A DNA stretch of 63,973 nt, filler included, from Diploschistes diacapsis (lineage: Eukaryota): assembly GCA_023645945.1 (NCBI GenBank). It is 6 parts of 6 records of this genome, joined end to end, with 100 filler letters (N's around TTAATTAATTAA, not from the genome) between each part and the next. Parts side by side here need not be neighbours in the genome. Positions count along the whole stretch, not along the records: positions 53,866 to 63,973 come from JALAIB010000959.1; 5 more parts are not named here. One strand, 5' to 3'. Positions 59,561 to 63,973 of the stretch are shown in pieces (positions within the stretch are counted from its first letter, which is position 1; each line of letters starts with the position of its first letter). The translations under genes and the position numbers were made by a program. The notes beneath the pieces are model-generated. The model did not search any database, had not been told where the DNA came from, and was given only the letters and a program-made list of their open reading frames with translations.

Positions 59561-60413
59561 ATGTCTTCCCCAGTCATTCTTGTTCTTGGAGCAGGAGCAA
59601 ACGTCGGCCTCTCTATAGCCAAGAAGTTCGCTGCCGAAGGATGGAAGGTTGCAGCCGTTGCACGCACAATCAAAGACGAGATCAAGGCCAACTCTTCCCT
59701 TGCCCTGTCTGCAGATTTCTCCGACCCTGAATCCATGATCAAAATCTTCAACGAAGTCGAGGCTAAGCTCGGTACTCCCAACGTCGTTGTCTACAACGGT
59801 GAGTGACAACAAGGCCACCGGCAACGGGCCTCTTCACTTGCAGACGAAGGCCCTACAGAAGTTAGATTGCATTACTAACGCATACCCAGCCTACTTCATC
59901 TCATTTGCCGACATTACTGACCCCCTGGGTGGCATGTCCATCTCCGATATGTCCAATGGCCTGATCATCAACTCCGTCTCCGCCTTTGCCGCCGCCAAGC
60001 ACGCCGTGGCCGGCTTCCAAAAACTTCCCTCGGGCGTCCCTACGGCCTACATCTACACCGGGAATATGGCATCCTACCTTGTCGTCCCCGAAACTGTAAG
60101 CCTCGGCAGCGGTAAGAATGCTAGTCTGTATTTTGTCGAAGCCGCTGCGCACGCCTACAGAGAGAAGGGGTATCGATTCTATTTCGCGGACGAGCGCACG
60201 CCGGAGGGAGGTTCTACGATGGATCTAATTGACGGCAACGCGCATGGAGAGGAGTTCTGGAAGTTGGCGAATAGCAAGGAGCAAGCGCCGGTTAATTATA
60301 CATTTGTTAAGGGCAAGGGATATGTGAAGTTTGAGAGTGATAGGATCAGGGAGGTGAAGGGGGTGCACAAGATTTTCAAGGAGGCACACGACTTTCATGA
60401 TGGTCCCAAGTAG
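59561..60413 (+). CDS. Short-chain dehydrogenase/reductase (atypical fungal SDR); intron at about 59799-59889
   Basis: ILVLGAGANVGLSIAKKF Rossmann motif, VVVYNA, IYTGN, LGSGK, FYFADERTPEG. Confidence 0.88.
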
Positions 60414-61008
60414 AGTACTTTGGGAGTGCTCGGGCTAGGTAGTGCCAATATAATGCAGGCCAAGTTTGTGGTTCAATTTTCACGTTATTGTTGAGAATAG
60501 AATATTACTTCAAGCCCCCACGGAGATAAGTACCCTAGAGAGGCACGTGAATTCGGATTAGTAAACGCTGTCGTGACCTGACGCTAGTCCCTAGGAGTGC
60601 TAGTGATTCTGCTGCCTACGAAGCTTGTATCATTGGCCAGCCAGTAGGGAACCGCAATTAACCTTAACGGTTCTTTCATGCCTCCTATCAACGTTTGATT
60701 CCCGGTTCCAGTAGATCTCCCAGCTGTTTCTCGAGAGAGACACTTCACTTGAATTCAAAGATCTTCTGCGATCCTTGCCCAAGGCTCACTGCTGGACTCG
60801 GAGCGGTGCTCTTCTTGTTTCGTGGAGGTGTGCCTCCAGCCGCTCGTTTTACGGCGTTGAACGTCAACATCCGCTTACTGCGCAATCCTTTGAGAGAGAC
60901 CTCAGGAGAAACAAAAAGCTTCCCAAACGAGTCCCACGAACGTCACGATCGCTGCCTTGCGAGTATAATCAAGCACTTGAGGAGGATATCGTGCGATAGC
61001 GGTTCAAG

Positions 61009-62758
61009 ATGGGGTTGCTACAGAGTCTGACCAAAAGGCTGCCTTCAGCGGAAAGTCTCGAGAAGGTGCCCGGCATGGAAACATTATCAAAACAACAAGA
61101 GCGGATAGCGCCAAGATTAGCCTTTTTTCGCCGAAGAATACGGTTAAGAGGCAACTCGAAAATATCAATACCTCTTGGCGTTGTCTTGTTGTTTCCCTTG
61201 ATCGTTATACTATTAATTCTTGTCATCTTTGTGCGACATCCTTCGGGACCTGGAAGGTTCATGGTACCTGCTGGTGCACCACCGTCGATAAGGTACGCTC
61301 GTAGTGCTGCGTTGATATATCTTGATGCAATGGACAGGTAGCTAACAGCAAGTATAGACGGATAAGCGAGAAGTACGACAAAGTCTTCGTGACAGGCTGT
61401 CTGGAACCGGCAGTCGACCTCCCAAGAGAGAACGCAGCGTTTGTGGTTCTAGCAAGAGACAAGGAATTGGACGGAGTTATACAATCGATCAAGTCTGTCG
61501 AGCGACACTTCAACCGATGGTTCCACTATCCCTACGTTTTCCTCAACGATGGAGACTTCGGCGAGAAATTCAAGCAGACGGTGACCAACTATACGAGCTC
61601 GCCGGTGAAGTTTGGCAAGATTGACTCATCAATGTGGGGGTTCCCCGATTGGGTCGACCACGACGTTGCTCGTGAAGGTATTCGCAAGCAGGGCGATCAG
61701 GCCATCATGTATGGTGGCATGGAAAGCTACCATCACATGTGTCGCTTCTACTCAGGGTATGTCGGTAATGGACACTTCGTTCTGCGATTACTGACTTGAT
61801 GCAGATTCTTTTACAAACACGAGCTTCTTCAGGAGTACGACTGGTATTGGCGGGTCGAGCCTGAGATCAGCTACTTCTGCGATATTACCTAGTAGGAAAT
61901 TTCGACTCACCTCTGCACTTTAGCACTAATCATTTCCAGCGATCCTTTTCGCTACATGAGGCAGGCAAACAAGACCTACGGGTTCACTATCGCCGTCAAA
62001 GAATTGAAGGAAACCGTTCCCAACATCTTCCGATATGCAGCAGCATACAAGAATACCAACAACATCTCCTCGCAAGGCCTTTGGGAAATGTTTCTTGAAC
62101 AACCGCCGGAGAAACCGACCTCTCTACCCAAAGACGACCCCAGCTACAAGGAACCGCTACCAGAAGAGATCCTTAGCACCGAGCCCGGACACGGTAACCT
62201 GGCCGACATCGACCCAGAGGCGATGAACGGTGAGATATACAACATGTGCCATTTCTGGAGTAATTTCGAGATTGCAAGGCTGGACTGGTTCAGAAGCAAG
62301 GAGTATGAGGAGTTCTTCGACATGATGGATAAGAGCGGCGGTTTCTGGATGGAGCGGGTAAGCTCAAACTTTGAACCACCATGATGTGGAGCAGAAATAC
62401 TAATGCGCAAGCGCAGTGGGGCGACGCCCCGATCCACTCCCTAGCCGCCGGAGCCCTCCTCAGCCCTCGTGATATCCACTACTTCCGCGACTTCGGTTAC
62501 CGGCATACGACCATCCAGCATTGTCCCGGTAACGCTCCCGCGCGCCAGCTTGACCGGCCGAAGTATCTGGAATCGACGACGCTCGACGAGAAAGAGCGCC
62601 TTGAGGAAGACGATTACTGGGAACATTATGATGCGGAGAAGGAGAACGGCGTCGGATGCAGATGCAGGTGCGACACGGATATTGTGGATGTGGAAGGCAA
62701 GCAGGGAAGCTGTCTGCCAGAGTGGGTCGAAGTTGCCGGCGGCTGGGCGTCGCCTTGA
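61009..62758 (+). CDS. Alpha-1,2-mannosyltransferase, GT15 KRE2/MNT1 family (KTR5-like), 5 exons
   Basis: Type II TM anchor; RENAAFVVLAR, YPYVFLND, SYHHMCRFYSG, YWRVEP, YNMCHFWSNFEI, GFWMERWGDAP. Confidence 0.93.
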
Positions 62759-63973
62759 AGGGCTTTGTGTGTTAACAGCGTATCTGTACGTGGAAGCGGA
62801 TGGGAAAGAAGACACAGGATATCATTATCCGTTGCTACTTGGGGTCAAGAGCGGCAAGCCGACTTTTCCATGGCAACGTACTCTCAGTTTTGGGGAATTG
62901 CCACGCCTTCCAGGATGCGAGCGGACGCGCCGAGGCAGGGGGGGGGCAGTGGAGGCTGTATTCTTGTGTATACTTTGTCTACAGAGAAGAGGGGGAGTGC
63001 GATGGCTAATTTTGGCGGGCGTATGGAGAATAAGAAGTCTGCACCTTATCTCCATGCCTGTATCATTTGGGCAGAAGGGCGGTGGCGTTCAGAGCTGCGG
63101 ACAGGGGGCTCTCTGGACATATGAATACAATATACGATAGGCTCATGCGCAGTGTTTGCTTTTTACTTTTGTTTTCTTTGCCGATCCAAGGGATTTAGGT
63201 GGAATCGAAGTCCTCCGTCTTACATTTACAAGACTTGGGATGCTCCTAAGTATTTTATCTTGAACTCAGCCTTCTAGCATATCTTTTCTTCAGTTTATAC
63301 ATACCTGATGATATGAGGATGATGCTCCCTCGCCTCACAGCCATTCTTAGATCCGTCTTCACCCAGGAGTGTGCTGACTATCATCGAGCTCCTACCCGTC
63401 TAGTAAAATTTGATCCTTCTTAAGCAGCTGAATCACCTCATCCTACAAAAGTCGAAGGCGAGAACGGCAACATTCTCAGCACAATGATCGAACCAGGATA
63501 TAACAAGGGAGCACTCCACTATTATAACCTCTCAAGAAATATTATTTGGCAAGGTCAAGCCGTATGGCTCTCTCTAGATTAGGCTAAGAAAGCACGGCTC
63601 TCTAACGTATTGATATCTGGCTCACTCAAACCATCTTTCGCCCTCAGTCTATCACCGATCCCACCCCTTTTTCTTCCTCCTCGCCTCTTTTCTCTCCCCA
63701 ATCTCTATCCACTCGCCCACTTCTCCGCAGGCAGCCAGTGGCACGATGCCCAAAAACCAGCCTTTACATTACGGTAATCTAACCCTCTTTCCTCCCTCTC
63801 TTCTTCATTGCTTCCTTCCCCCCCACCGTTCCACTTTCATATTTCTCAATATGCACAAATTTCAATCTCAAAGCCAAGATCCTTTCTAGTCTAGAGCCTA
63901 CCTGCTCCCGCCCCCCTTGCCATTTTCCCGTTTCCCATCTCAGTCTTCGCTCCCGTTTGCCTCGTTCCCCTCC

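Overview
Filamentous ascomycete (Pezizomycotina-type) genomic DNA with short GT-AG introns, AT-rich RIP-like transposon relics and no prokaryotic features. The window is not contiguous. Five identical 100-nt artificial linkers (N44-TTAATTAATTAA-N44) join six unrelated contigs of decreasing size (>=10697, 10676, 10674, 10674, 10644, >=10108 bp), so gene neighbourhoods only mean something within a contig. Recognisable genes are an SH3-RasGEF, a conserved 871-aa fungal protein, a split MBD4-like HhH-GPD DNA glycosylase, an NF-X1/R3H zinc-finger protein, a Pth11-like membrane protein, a CYP7-like P450 lacking its heme Cys, SSADH, Rcf1 with an internal 28-aa triplication, stomatin-like protein 2, a U1-type zinc-finger protein, MPP beta, Ras2/RasB, a patatin with a degenerate active site, an HSPA12-like Hsp70, an SDR and a GT15 mannosyltransferase. 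There are several pseudogenes (aspartic-protease-like, HeLo-like/SesA-ankyrin) and relics of gypsy LTR, Fot1/pogo, Tc1-like and hAT-like elements. The best leads are a G_GAU_UUU_UGA possible -1 frameshift (or alternative splice) junction in the MBD4-like gene, a TRIM-like mini-retroelement with mirror-image RIP polarity, the Cys-less P450, and the Rcf1 repeat expansion. All family assignments come from motif recognition only; no database search was run.
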